IMG/VR virus record: IMGVR_UViG_3300009103_000014
Span: 1 to 64,000 of that record
Length of the DNA stretch: 64,000 nucleotides
Origin: a virus
Lineage: Duplodnaviria; Caudoviricetes
Direction: 5' to 3' (one strand)
Positions 9,566 through 18,482 of this stretch are shown here, in pieces. The translations under genes were made by a program, and so were the position numbers. Positions within the stretch are counted from its first letter, which is position 1. Each line of letters opens with the position of its first letter. The notes beneath the pieces were generated by a model. The model was not told where the DNA came from, ran no database searches, and worked only from the letters and a program-made list of their open reading frames with translations.

Positions 9566-10084
9566 TTATACTCCGACAAGATAACATTGTGTATTTACTT
9601 TAAGGCCGGTTGTAGCTAGAACACTAGCATCTAAAGTAACTGTTTCATTTAGACCAGCAACAATAGGAATAATGTCTAGTTGCTCTTTTAATAGCTTTAC
9701 GGGGTCGCTATCGCGTAGATAAATGTCAGGTAGTTCATAACCAAAGTTAAAAGTCCATACTTTATGCTCACCGGTATAACCAAATTCAAATAAATCTGCT
9801 GTTTCCACAACAGGCTTTTCTAACATAATTGGTTGAGCTCTAATAGAAATACATTGTACAATCGTTTCCCAATTACGTTGCTCGTTTCTACTTTTACCCC
9901 AAGTGTCTTGGTCATTAATAATTTGTTTTAAATCATCAACAAAAGGTAATGGCGTTTCTTTTCTAAACTCTGATATTACACCGGTTGGTGAAATATCTAT
10001 TAATGTTTTTATTTGATACTGACTTCTTAAAGTACCAAATCCGTAACCTGCTGTAGGTGAACCATGTGCTTGTGTAGTACTCAT
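9566..10084 (-). CDS. Hypothetical protein, probably structural
   Basis: 172 aa; N-terminus STTQAHGS resembles the TRVHG-start proteins nearby. Confidence 0.65.
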   Translation of the reverse strand: MSTTQAHGSPTAGYGFGTLRSQYQIKTLIDISPTGVISEFRKETPLPFVDDLKQIINDQDTWGKSRNEQRNWETIVQCISIRAQPIMLEKPVVETADLFEFGYTGEHKVWTFNFGYELPDIYLRDSDPVKLLKEQLDIIPIVAGLNETVTLDASVLATTGLKVNTQCYLVGV

Positions 10085-11184
10085 TGTACTTCATCCAAAT
10101 AATAAGTTTTTTCATTAAATCTAGTGGAACTACTAAATTCATAACTGTCACCACAAGTTCTACCACAAGTAAATAATTTTGAAATTTCGCTATCCATAGT
10201 ATTACTCCAACTGCTAACTAAATCTTTATCATAAAAATCATGTTCTAAAACTTCTTCTAATGAATATTTTCTTAATGAATTAAAATCTTTACTATAACGA
10301 TTTAATAATTTATTTAATTGTTTTTCTTGAATATTTTGTTTATCATGAAAGTGTTTAGGAGCACCAACCCAACAACAAGGCCAAAGTTTCATTTGAAAAT
10401 CTATAAAAATGTTTTGTTCATTTTTAGTTTTACAATTTATTGGTGTTTGATTTACATACTCGTTAAAACTACCAAACTTTTCTATAATTTGTTCGTATTT
10501 TGTTTTATTTTTATTTTCTTTACTAGAAATAGAATAATCTCCTTTTCTATGTGTAACTTGTTCGCTCATTACTTCCTGAAATTTAGCTGTATTAACAAAC
10601 CTACTAGTATTTTTAAAACTAATACTTTCAAATCCTATTTTTTTAGCAAATGTTTTTGCTCTTGCGACTTGATGTATATTATGATCAAATATTAAATAAT
10701 CCCAATGAGCTTTGCCTCCGGCACCTATAAATGCTTTAACATTTTCTATTAACTTATGCCATTGGGCATTTACACGATATAAATGATTTGTATCCTCAAA
10801 TCCATCAATACTAAAAGTTACGCGATCTTGTGGACCATTAAGAATCTTTGCTACTTTAACCCACCATTCGGAGTTCCTAGCACTACCATTTGTTATTACA
10901 CTAATCTTAGGTACACCTGTACTTTTAACCCATTCTAAACATTCAAGAAAAGTATTACTAGCAATACTATCACCATAATTACCACACCAAAAAACTTTAT
11001 CTAACTGCGATACTAACTCTGGCGTTAATATTTTTTTATAATCATCTAATGTTAATTCATCTAATGGTAATTCTGGTACTACTTTCCCATCTTTTACTCT
11101 AGCACATTGGGGGCAAAGTAAATTACATTTACTAGTATGCTCAAAATGGATACTTCTAATTTTATCGATATCTAAATAATTCAT
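10081..11184 (-). CDS. Radical SAM protein with twitch/SPASM-like C-terminal domain
   Basis: CNLLCPQC (CxxxCxxC), CGNYGD, ITNGS, FSIDG, WPCCW and C-terminal CGRTCG. Confidence 0.92.
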   Translation of the reverse strand: MNYLDIDKIRSIHFEHTSKCNLLCPQCARVKDGKVVPELPLDELTLDDYKKILTPELVSQLDKVFWCGNYGDSIASNTFLECLEWVKSTGVPKISVITNGSARNSEWWVKVAKILNGPQDRVTFSIDGFEDTNHLYRVNAQWHKLIENVKAFIGAGGKAHWDYLIFDHNIHQVARAKTFAKKIGFESISFKNTSRFVNTAKFQEVMSEQVTHRKGDYSISSKENKNKTKYEQIIEKFGSFNEYVNQTPINCKTKNEQNIFIDFQMKLWPCCWVGAPKHFHDKQNIQEKQLNKLLNRYSKDFNSLRKYSLEEVLEHDFYDKDLVSSWSNTMDSEISKLFTCGRTCGDSYEFSSSTRFNEKTYYLDEVQ

Positions 11185-11219
11185 TATATATGTACTTATC
11201 GAGGGCCGAAAAGTAGGTC

Positions 11220-11246
11220 AAAAAAATAGGCACCTTCGTGCCTATT
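11220..11246 (-). terminator. Rho-independent terminator
   Basis: 9-bp stem AATAGGCAC/GTGCCTATT with a U-tract on the minus strand. Confidence 0.8.
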
Positions 11247-11281
11247 CAAAAATACAACGTATTTTAATATTCTATTAGTTA

Positions 11282-11632
11282 TTAACTAACAGCCGCGGCT
11301 GTTAAAATTCCTAATTTAGTATCAGTTACTGTAGCACCGGATAAGTCAACACCGTCAACCGTACCTAATGCTCTAATAGCCGCTTGTAAAGTAGCCGCAA
11401 CTGGAGTTCCTTCAACAGCGAAAGTTTGCTGAGTGTTAGAATCTAGCATTGGACCTACAGCAACGACTGTATTGTGGTAGCTAATACAATTATGAGTTGC
11501 CGCTTGAGCACCTACAGGACCAGTTGAGGCGTTTGTAGCCACATAGTCAACTGTAAAGAAACTCATGTTAGCCCCCATCATTTCAACATCAGATGTTGTT
11601 GACGCTGGGTGGACTCTTGTTACTTCTGGCAT
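11282..11632 (-). CDS. Small Ala/Thr/Val-rich virion protein (TRVH family, copy 1)
   Basis: Starts MPEVTRVH; own TAAATA (11695-11700), AGGAG RBS and terminator. Confidence 0.7.
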   Translation of the reverse strand: MPEVTRVHPASTTSDVEMMGANMSFFTVDYVATNASTGPVGAQAATHNCISYHNTVVAVGPMLDSNTQQTFAVEGTPVAATLQAAIRALGTVDGVDLSGATVTDTKLGILTAAAVS

Positions 11633-11707
11633 AATATTCTCCTATGATATCATATTATAGTTGGCAAAGTATAGTTTAACCTGCCTTATACGATTATTTA
11701 TCATGAC

Positions 11708-11729
11708 GAAAGGGCCTTTCGGCCCTTTC
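11708..11729 (-). terminator. Hairpin terminator with GAAA tetraloop
   Basis: GAAAGGGCC-GAAA-GGCCCTTTC on the minus strand, after 11754..12047. Confidence 0.75.
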
Positions 11730-11753
11730 TATATTTTTCTAATTAACTAAGAA

Positions 11754-12047
11754 TTAGGCAAAATGAGCAACAACTGTAGCTGTTACACCAGTTTGACCAC
11801 CAAAATCAGAACCTGCCGTAGGTGCTATACCTTCAGACAAAACGTGTACGGCATCAGATGCCCCAGCGTTAAATCCACCAGCTGTATCGTCACCGATACC
11901 TACGATAGTTGCTGTTAAGCCTATAAAAGCTATACAGCCGTCTAACTCAGCTTGAGTCATGTTTGACTTTGCTAATTTAGTTAAATGTACTTCCTTACCG
12001 GCGTATCCAACTTTGGAACTGCCGTGTACTCTTGTAAGATCTGCCAT
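11754..12047 (-). CDS. Small Gly/Ala-rich virion protein (TRVH family, copy 2)
   Basis: Starts MADLTRVHG; own TAAATA (12100-12105), GGAG RBS and terminator. Confidence 0.7.
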   Translation of the reverse strand: MADLTRVHGSSKVGYAGKEVHLTKLAKSNMTQAELDGCIAFIGLTATIVGIGDDTAGGFNAGASDAVHVLSEGIAPTAGSDFGGQTGVTATVVAHFA

Positions 12048-12128
12048 TTTAAGTCTCCATATTTTTATGTACCCACACTAATTGTTTTGGGCATACTAAT
12101 ATTTATCAAATTGGAAGATTTTTGGCTT

Positions 12129-12794
12129 TTAAGGCTGGTCGTTTCGAATGCCCTTAATATTACGTTTAATACGCGGGTCTCGTATAGTTTTGTATAAGGC
12201 CGCACCTGCTACTGCTCCCCATACAAGTGGGTTTTTAGATAATGGGCTTTTAGCTTGATCCATGCCCAAGTCTTTCTTTCTAGCTGTTTTCATATAAGTT
12301 CTTGTTAAATCACTGCCTCTAGCGTCATGATTTAAAGAAAAACCTAATCTAGTAGCCGCTAATTTACGTTCTGTAGGCAACATTCTAGGCCAGTCAGCAA
12401 TAACACGTCTTACTTGGTTACTTGTACCACCTCTAACACCTAAACCACGTTGTAACATAATTAACGCCCGTCTGTCAGCTTGAGTATCCATTTTTCCATT
12501 AACAATGTCTTGTAAATATCTTTTTACCTGTGCTTGAGGCGTTTTTTCAACACTTGCTAATAAATTATGTAAATCAGTAGCACCTGGGCGTACACCATCA
12601 AACCCTTGGAATCTCATAGTATCTCTAGCATATTTTTTAGCCGCCGCTGGATTTTCATACTTCATAACTTGTAATCCAAGTAAATGAGAATATAAAGTGT
12701 CTGCTAAACGAGCCTGGCTACTAACATTAATCCTATCAGGATTTTTAAACATCCTAGCTTCACCTAACTCTTCTCTAATCCATTCAAAGGCCAT
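12129..12794 (-). CDS. Putative internal head protein
   Basis: N-terminus MAFEWIREELGEARMF; basic body; hydrophobic Gly/Ala segment near the C-terminus. Confidence 0.6.
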   Translation of the reverse strand: MAFEWIREELGEARMFKNPDRINVSSQARLADTLYSHLLGLQVMKYENPAAAKKYARDTMRFQGFDGVRPGATDLHNLLASVEKTPQAQVKRYLQDIVNGKMDTQADRRALIMLQRGLGVRGGTSNQVRRVIADWPRMLPTERKLAATRLGFSLNHDARGSDLTRTYMKTARKKDLGMDQAKSPLSKNPLVWGAVAGAALYKTIRDPRIKRNIKGIRNDQP

Positions 12795-12798
12795 TTTA

Positions 12799-14055
12799 TT
12801 AATCCCAGTTTTTCACAGCGTTAAAATTCGCCGCATTAAATTCTAATCTATCATTAAGTTTTACAGCACCATCTTCAATACCAAATGCTACAAAACCTTC
12901 TGGGTTAGTAACTACATAACCCATATCTGTTTTTAAAAACGTACCAACACTTTGTTCAATACGTTGTAATTTATGTAATAACTTTAATTTAATCTGTATA
13001 ATTTGTTTATATACAGCCATTACTGCTAATAAACTATTTAAGTTATCTTCTACAAATAATTCTAATTCAGTAGCACGAGCTATTCTATTTTGTGCCGCGG
13101 TGCCTTCTGGACCACTTTTTAAAGCATCAATTTCTTTGTCCATTTTTTCTTTAAAATAAACAACAAACTCTTGAACAAACTTTGTGGGCTCTCCAACACT
13201 TTGACCTGATTTAATTTTATGATTAATAAATGGTTTAACCCATTTAGCTAACTCAGGTTGCTGTAAAAATGTATTAAATCTTCCCTCGTCAGTTTTACCT
13301 AGTGTGGTTTTAGCTTGTTCAATTGCTTGAGCTATAACTTTATTATCAGCTTTACTTAAGGTTGCTTTTCCGCCTACGTCTTTATAGTAAGCATCATCAA
13401 ACCAAACATCTTTAGTTTGTGTTAAGCCACCCATATTAACACCAAATTCTGCTTTCATATCAGCTAATGTTTCACCTGTATATGTTGTGTGAAATACTAT
13501 ACCTATTTTAGCCGCTTTAATTCTTTTACCAATGTCACTGTCAACAGGTACTGAATATGTAATAGTATTAGGTGTAAATGTATAACACTCTTCTTTACCT
13601 ATTGTTTCAGTTTTAACATCTTCAGATGTAAACATTAGATCACCCTGTAAAACACCTTGTATGCCTAGCTTTCTTAAAGTTACTAATGCTACTTGAAGTT
13701 TGGCGTTAAGGCCTGCTCCAGGATACCAATTATTAATTTGTGCTTTAGTTTTAGCCGCTTTATTTTCTGTTTTACCAAATACTGCTTTAGTACCAACAAA
13801 AAACTTTCCATCAGCTGGATCAGTTCCACAAATAATCGCAGGAGCACCGTCCCACTTAACTGTTATTTTATTTTGTCCTTCACCACCCGTGTTAAGCATA
13901 TCTCTAATAGCATTAATATATTTTAATGCCGAAATAGCTCCTTTATAACCGTCATTTAATATTAAATCTTCTAAATGTTCTAAATGAGTGTTTTTCTCAG
14001 AGGCTTCGAATAAAGTTTGCCAGTTACGTGGCTTGAGTACTTCTGTTATTAACAT
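12799..14055 (-). CDS. Ligase-like covalent nucleotidyltransferase-fold protein
   Basis: HLEHLED, TVKWDGAP (KxDG motif I), FFVGTK, LQGDLMF, PEGFVA (motif IV-like), VKL.DR.EF (motif V-like). Confidence 0.7.
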   Translation of the reverse strand: MLITEVLKPRNWQTLFEASEKNTHLEHLEDLILNDGYKGAISALKYINAIRDMLNTGGEGQNKITVKWDGAPAIICGTDPADGKFFVGTKAVFGKTENKAAKTKAQINNWYPGAGLNAKLQVALVTLRKLGIQGVLQGDLMFTSEDVKTETIGKEECYTFTPNTITYSVPVDSDIGKRIKAAKIGIVFHTTYTGETLADMKAEFGVNMGGLTQTKDVWFDDAYYKDVGGKATLSKADNKVIAQAIEQAKTTLGKTDEGRFNTFLQQPELAKWVKPFINHKIKSGQSVGEPTKFVQEFVVYFKEKMDKEIDALKSGPEGTAAQNRIARATELELFVEDNLNSLLAVMAVYKQIIQIKLKLLHKLQRIEQSVGTFLKTDMGYVVTNPEGFVAFGIEDGAVKLNDRLEFNAANFNAVKNWD

Positions 14056-14058
14056 ATT

Positions 14059-14733
14059 TTACTTTCCTACTAGTTCTAACTTACTTGTTGTAAGTGCCCA
14101 TGGAGTACCATTTGGAACTGTTACTTGAGTATTGCCTTTTTTAACACCAACGTCTGTGTCTTTTGTAACGGTACCAGTAATTTGTTTACCTTTTGCGGAT
14201 GTCCAAGTTACTTTATCACCAGCTTTAAAAGATTTAGCAGGTTGATCAGGTACTTGATTTTGTGCCGCTGACGGATTAACATCTTTATCACCAGCTGGCA
14301 TTTTTTCTGCTACTTCTTTATTAATTGGGCTAGGTAATTTATCTGCTACCTGTTCTAAATATGATTGCATTTCAACAGATGATTTTGGTTTTAATAATAT
14401 AGCTATTACTATTCTTAAAATAGCATTGGCGCCTTTTTTATCAGTTTCAACACCAAACTCTGTTGTAGCTTTTTTTAATGATATTTTAGCTGAACTTGAT
14501 CCATAAAATCTTTCAATCCATGCTTTTAATAAACCATCAGGATTAGTTTTAGCTGTATCTTGATTTTTATCAATTATTTTTTTCCAAGCACCGTAATGAC
14601 GTTTTACCATGTCTATAACGTCACCGATTTGACCGCCTTTACCAGTTAACCCACCGTCTAATTTATAACTTCCTTTTTTATACTTCGGGTCTATAACTGG
14701 AGCTTCTGCTATATCTATCTCGTTAATTCTCAT
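14059..14733 (-). CDS. Putative internal head protein with C-terminal SH3/KOW-like domain
   Basis: MRINEIDIAEA leader; C-terminal FKAGDKVTW...ITGTV beta-barrel pattern. Confidence 0.6.
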   Translation of the reverse strand: MRINEIDIAEAPVIDPKYKKGSYKLDGGLTGKGGQIGDVIDMVKRHYGAWKKIIDKNQDTAKTNPDGLLKAWIERFYGSSSAKISLKKATTEFGVETDKKGANAILRIVIAILLKPKSSVEMQSYLEQVADKLPSPINKEVAEKMPAGDKDVNPSAAQNQVPDQPAKSFKAGDKVTWTSAKGKQITGTVTKDTDVGVKKGNTQVTVPNGTPWALTTSKLELVGK

Positions 14734-14971
14734 TCTTTAATTTCCTAATTCCTCTAGTAAACTTGATAGGTTCTTGCTTCTTAATTGCGGCCAGAAATCT
14801 TTTTTCTAAATCTACTGCTGTGTCTTCATTAAAGTTTTCTTTAATCATTCTCAATAAATTAATAGATGATTGGATTAGGTGAGTTGCTCTACTCTCTACG
14901 ATATGTTTGCGATCCTTATCAATAGCAATCGCATCTAATTCTTCTAACAATGATTTTGTTTTACGTTTCAT
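14723..14971 (-). CDS. Small hypothetical phage protein
   Basis: 82 aa; GGAG RBS and TAAATA at 14991-14996. Confidence 0.75.
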   Translation of the reverse strand: MKRKTKSLLEELDAIAIDKDRKHIVESRATHLIQSSINLLRMIKENFNEDTAVDLEKRFLAAIKKQEPIKFTRGIRKLKNEN

Positions 14972-15078
14972 TAGAGTCTCCCTGTACTGTTATTTATTGA
15001 ATTTTTACAAGTTGCTCCATCATTTGGAGTAGCTGTATATTGTTTAAAATCAATAAATATGTTTATTAGGAGCAATCT

Positions 15079-15795
15079 ATGAACAGAAGTAGCCATTTTG
15101 CAAATCTATCGGGTTTAGCATACGACAAATTTGACGATAAACTAACTAAAAAATTAAAAGATTTAAAATATACCACTATTAAATACGTTAGTAATAAAGG
15201 TGCCCAAGCAATATATCTATCAAATAAAGAAGAACAAGTAATCGCCTTTAGAGGCACTGAGCCAAAACAATTTAGCGATATTAAAGCTGATTTAAAAGCA
15301 TGGAAAATTAAGTCCAAAACAAGTGGACGAGTACATGATGGTTTCTATGACGAAGTAGAAAAAGTATGGCCTGAATTAATTAAATTAATAAAACCAAAAA
15401 ACTTGCCTTTATATATGTGTGGACATAGTTTAGGTGGTGCTATGGCTACAATAGCCGCTAGTAGACTTAAAACAGAAGCCTTATACACATTCGGTTCACC
15501 TAGAGTTGGTAATAAAAAATGGTTAGATCATGTAAATGTAACCCATTACAGATGGCGTAATAATAATGATTTAGTTACTAAAGTTCCTTTATGGCTCATG
15601 GGCTTTAGACATCATGGGCAATTAATGTATATTAACTATCATGGTAACTTGCGAAACGGATTGAGCACTTGGCAACTAATTAAAGATTGGTTCCGCGGAC
15701 ATTGTAAGGCTGTTAGTAAGTTTGAACTGTTTGATGGGTTAAGAGATCATAGTATAGCACGATATATTAAACGTACTAAAGAAAACTTGTATTAA
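15079..15795 (+). CDS. Lipase class 3 (alpha/beta hydrolase)
   Basis: IAFRGT, VHDGF, GHSLGG nucleophile elbow, YTFGSPRVG, NNDLVTKVP, DHSI. TAAATA at 15054-15059 and AGGAG RBS. Confidence 0.93.
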   Translation: MNRSSHFANLSGLAYDKFDDKLTKKLKDLKYTTIKYVSNKGAQAIYLSNKEEQVIAFRGTEPKQFSDIKADLKAWKIKSKTSGRVHDGFYDEVEKVWPELIKLIKPKNLPLYMCGHSLGGAMATIAASRLKTEALYTFGSPRVGNKKWLDHVNVTHYRWRNNNDLVTKVPLWLMGFRHHGQLMYINYHGNLRNGLSTWQLIKDWFRGHCKAVSKFELFDGLRDHSIARYIKRTKENLY

Positions 15796-15819
15796 TAGGG
15801 AAGAATTTTCGGAATTATT

Positions 15820-15981
15820 TTAGACTATTATAGCCCAAATAAACATTATCATTACTAAAATAAACAAAAACATTAATATTTTTACTACTCCAACACATAA
15901 ATCTGTAATAGCACCAGGAAAGTTTTTCTCGGCGTACATACAAACTAATATTGTTAATAATAATGCTATGAAAAATGACAT
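15820..15981 (-). CDS. 53-aa two-helix membrane protein
   Basis: Manually found: MSFFIALLLTILVCMYAEKNFPGAITDLCVGVVKILMFLFILVMIMFIWAIIV. AAGGAG RBS and its own sigma70 promoter. Confidence 0.75.
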   Translation of the reverse strand: MSFFIALLLTILVCMYAEKNFPGAITDLCVGVVKILMFLFILVMIMFIWAIIV

Positions 15982-16018
15982 TGTATATTTTTACTCCTTT
16001 TTTATTAACTATACTACT

Positions 16019-16046
16019 ATTATAGCATCTTTTGGATAGAAGTCAA
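16019..16046 (-). promoter_or_regulatory. Sigma70-type promoter TTGACT-N16-TATAAT with extended -10 (TGn)
   Basis: Direct sequence match upstream of the 53-aa ORF. Confidence 0.75.
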
Positions 16047-16050
16047 CCAA

Positions 16051-16078
16051 GAAAATCCACAAGATGTTGTGGATTTTC
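16051..16078. repeat. 12-bp inverted repeat (hairpin/operator) with an NrdR-box-like core
   Basis: GAAAATCCACAA-GATG-TTGTGGATTTTC between the 249-aa gene stop and the -35 box. Confidence 0.6.
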
Positions 16079-16080
16079 GG

Positions 16081-16830
16081 TTATAAACGATACAATATCT
16101 TGTCAATTGTACCAGAAGTTAGTGTTCTAGAAAACCTAACGTGCGAATATACGCCATTCCAATTAATATAAACGTTATCTGCTTGGTCTGTGTACGTTTT
16201 TGTAGTAATTTCAAACCATTCATCTGTATCTAATTCACTTATAGCCGCCATACTGCCTTCAATTTTTAACGAACCTGTAAAGTTAGTAAAATATACTTGA
16301 GCTGTATGTAAAGCTGAATTTTGATTTAAATGAGGATAGGCTTGTACTGAAACTGGGTTAGTATCAGGTAATGTAATTTCTGACGACTTTCTAAATTCCG
16401 TATATGGTCCAGCAACAACTTCAATGTTACCCATAGCACCATACTGATCGTCGACATAAACAACACCTCTTTCGCCGCTAGTGTTATCTAAGATACTATA
16501 GTTTAGAAAATGTCCAGCTACAGCACTTAAATCACTTTCAGTAATATCAAATCGTACTTTACCTTTAGAAGCATTTATAATTGTACCAGTTTTACTGATA
16601 AGAGTTTGTGTTTTATCTTCATCTAAAACATTAAAGACAAATGTTTTGCCTGTAATATCGACAGCTTTCTGGTCAGTATTTTTCATTTCTATTACAATAG
16701 GGTTTTTAGCACCTTTGTAAACTTTTAAATTACGAGCATACATAGTCAAATTCCTGTTCGGTGTAGACCCAATAGTGGTATATACTACTGAGTGGTTTTG
16801 TTGTACTAAATAGGTTGTAGTCTTTAGCAT
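16081..16830 (-). CDS. Virion structural protein, BppU/Ig-like N-terminal domain
   Basis: VYKGAKNPIVIEMKNTDQKAVDITG...GKVRFDITESD pattern; beta-rich; TAAATA at 16853-16858. Confidence 0.6.
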   Translation of the reverse strand: MLKTTTYLVQQNHSVVYTTIGSTPNRNLTMYARNLKVYKGAKNPIVIEMKNTDQKAVDITGKTFVFNVLDEDKTQTLISKTGTIINASKGKVRFDITESDLSAVAGHFLNYSILDNTSGERGVVYVDDQYGAMGNIEVVAGPYTEFRKSSEITLPDTNPVSVQAYPHLNQNSALHTAQVYFTNFTGSLKIEGSMAAISELDTDEWFEITTKTYTDQADNVYINWNGVYSHVRFSRTLTSGTIDKILYRL

Positions 16831-16868
16831 TATAAAATTACCTTTATTACTATATTTATGGAGCGAAC

Positions 16869-17240
16869 GTGAATAAATTTGAGAAGTTAAGAGAAAAATA
16901 TCCTTTTTTAAGCCACGTTAAATATGCTGGCAACGAGTTTATAGGAATAATTCAAAATTTTGACAAACATTGTTTAAGTATATACGATATCGAACGATTA
17001 AAAACTACAGATGAAAAAACATTATTTTTAGAGCTAGGTGATACTTGGTGGAATGAATCAAACAGAATGATTCCTATTAACATATTTCTAAAAAAAGACT
17101 TCCAATACTTTAAAATTTGCCTACAAACTTTTATATCTAAAGATTGTGAAATTATTAGCGGACCACAAGTAAGTTTAAAAAATATTAGTGAGAAACGTGT
17201 TAAGAAAAGAAGTATACAACTAGTTAAAAAAGCTACTTAG
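16869..17240 (+). CDS. Hypothetical phage protein
   Basis: GTG start with GGAG RBS; YPFLS, GIIQN and LGDTWWNESNRMIPINIFLK motifs. Confidence 0.75.
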   Translation: MNKFEKLREKYPFLSHVKYAGNEFIGIIQNFDKHCLSIYDIERLKTTDEKTLFLELGDTWWNESNRMIPINIFLKKDFQYFKICLQTFISKDCEIISGPQVSLKNISEKRVKKRSIQLVKKAT

Positions 17241-17949
17241 GTAATTCTAAAAAATCTTCATACTCTTGATAAGATATAAACTCTCCACCATACGTGTCTG
17301 GACTTATAACCTCAGATATAGCATCAATATTTTTTTGAGCCCATTCTAAATAATTAGTGTCAGCTCTAAATTTTAAATCATCAACATCAATTCTACTATT
17401 AGGAAATTTATTACTATAATATTTTTTAAACCTTTTTATAGTAGACTTTGTTCTTGTTAATGTATCTGTTCTGATATCAACATCACCTTTTACAATTATA
17501 CAAAGAGCCCAATGAAGAATCCAATAAGGATTAGTATAATCTAACCATTTCCAAACTGGTTCTCTAAATAAATTAAAATCAAAATGTGTATGGAACCACT
17601 TACTACTTTCTAAAACATTTCTTCTGCCAAGTCTTGGATTATCTCTATCAGGATTACCAGAACTAAACTTCCACTGATCTGTTGGATCAGTTTTGTTTAT
17701 AAATTCTTTTAATTCTTGTTCAGATGAAAAATTAAGTCTACATTCTTCAGACCATTCTTGATTAATTTCCTTTAAGGCTGTTGATGTTTTATATAACAAA
17801 TCATGAGCAGGGAAAGAATTTAAAGATTTATATCTGTTACTATCTAGTAATATTAATTTTTGACCATTTAGTATCGATGTAACGTATTCACCACCTGCTC
17901 CTGGGTGATATACTAATACTCGCTGATCATCTTTGAACCAATTGCTCAT
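17233..17949 (-). CDS. Hypothetical protein, possible sulfotransferase-like fold
   Basis: N-terminal [11 protein letters not shown] loop resembles FYDMGCGGQYL in 44978..45676. Confidence 0.5.
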   Translation of the reverse strand: MSNWFKDDQRVLVYHPGAGGEYVTSILNGQKLILLDSNRYKSLNSFPAHDLLYKTSTALKEINQEWSEECRLNFSSEQELKEFINKTDPTDQWKFSSGNPDRDNPRLGRRNVLESSKWFHTHFDFNLFREPVWKWLDYTNPYWILHWALCIIVKGDVDIRTDTLTRTKSTIKRFKKYYSNKFPNSRIDVDDLKFRADTNYLEWAQKNIDAISEVISPDTYGGEFISYQEYEDFLELPK

Positions 17950-18314
17950 TCATCACCTTTTCCTGGGGTAGGATCGAATAAATGTTTTTTACCTTCAGGA
18001 AAATTATCTGGGTGATATTCTTCTGCTTCTGGTAATGGTCCTCTATTTTTTGTTATAACTGGCCATTTGTGATCTTGAGAATATTCTGTATTGAAATTGA
18101 ACCAATGATCTAATACATCTTTTTTTGTAGGATCTGTATCCGGCCATATAGCATCAACTGGACATTCTGGTTCGCATACGCCACAATCAATACACTCGTC
18201 TGGGTTAATAACCAGCATATTTTCACCTTCGTAAAAACAGTCAACTGGACATACTTCAACACAATCTAAGTGTTTACATTTTATACATTTATCATCTACC
18301 AAATAAGTTGCCAT
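17946..18314 (-). CDS. fdxA: 7Fe ferredoxin (FdxA type)
   Basis: [47 protein letters not shown]; start re-called to MATY. Confidence 0.93.
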   Translation of the reverse strand: MATYLVDDKCIKCKHLDCVEVCPVDCFYEGENMLVINPDECIDCGVCEPECPVDAIWPDTDPTKKDVLDHWFNFNTEYSQDHKWPVITKNRGPLPEAEEYHPDNFPEGKKHLFDPTPGKGDE

Positions 18315-18316
18315 AC

Positions 18317-18481
18317 TTATATTCCTATGTTCTTCCAACTGTCGGACAAATTATAATTTTTTCTTTTCTTTTTTATTAACAATCGAATTCGATTTCGATT
18401 TTTACCAAAATAATAACCTGCTGAAAATGAAACAGCCATTACAGTTACTATTGCTGAAATATGCCATATCCAAAATATCAT
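18317..18481 (-). CDS. 54-aa membrane-anchored basic peptide
   Basis: Manually found: [54 protein letters not shown]; fills the gap between two genes. Confidence 0.65.
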   Translation of the reverse strand: MIFWIWHISAIVTVMAVSFSAGYYFGKNRNRIRLLIKKKRKNYNLSDSWKNIGI

Positions 18482-18482
18482 G

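Noticed and set aside
15875-15998. Short direct repeat (TATTTTTACT) at the RBS and inside the 53-aa ORF
   Set aside because: AT-rich 10-mer, plausible by chance; an internal start cannot be supported.
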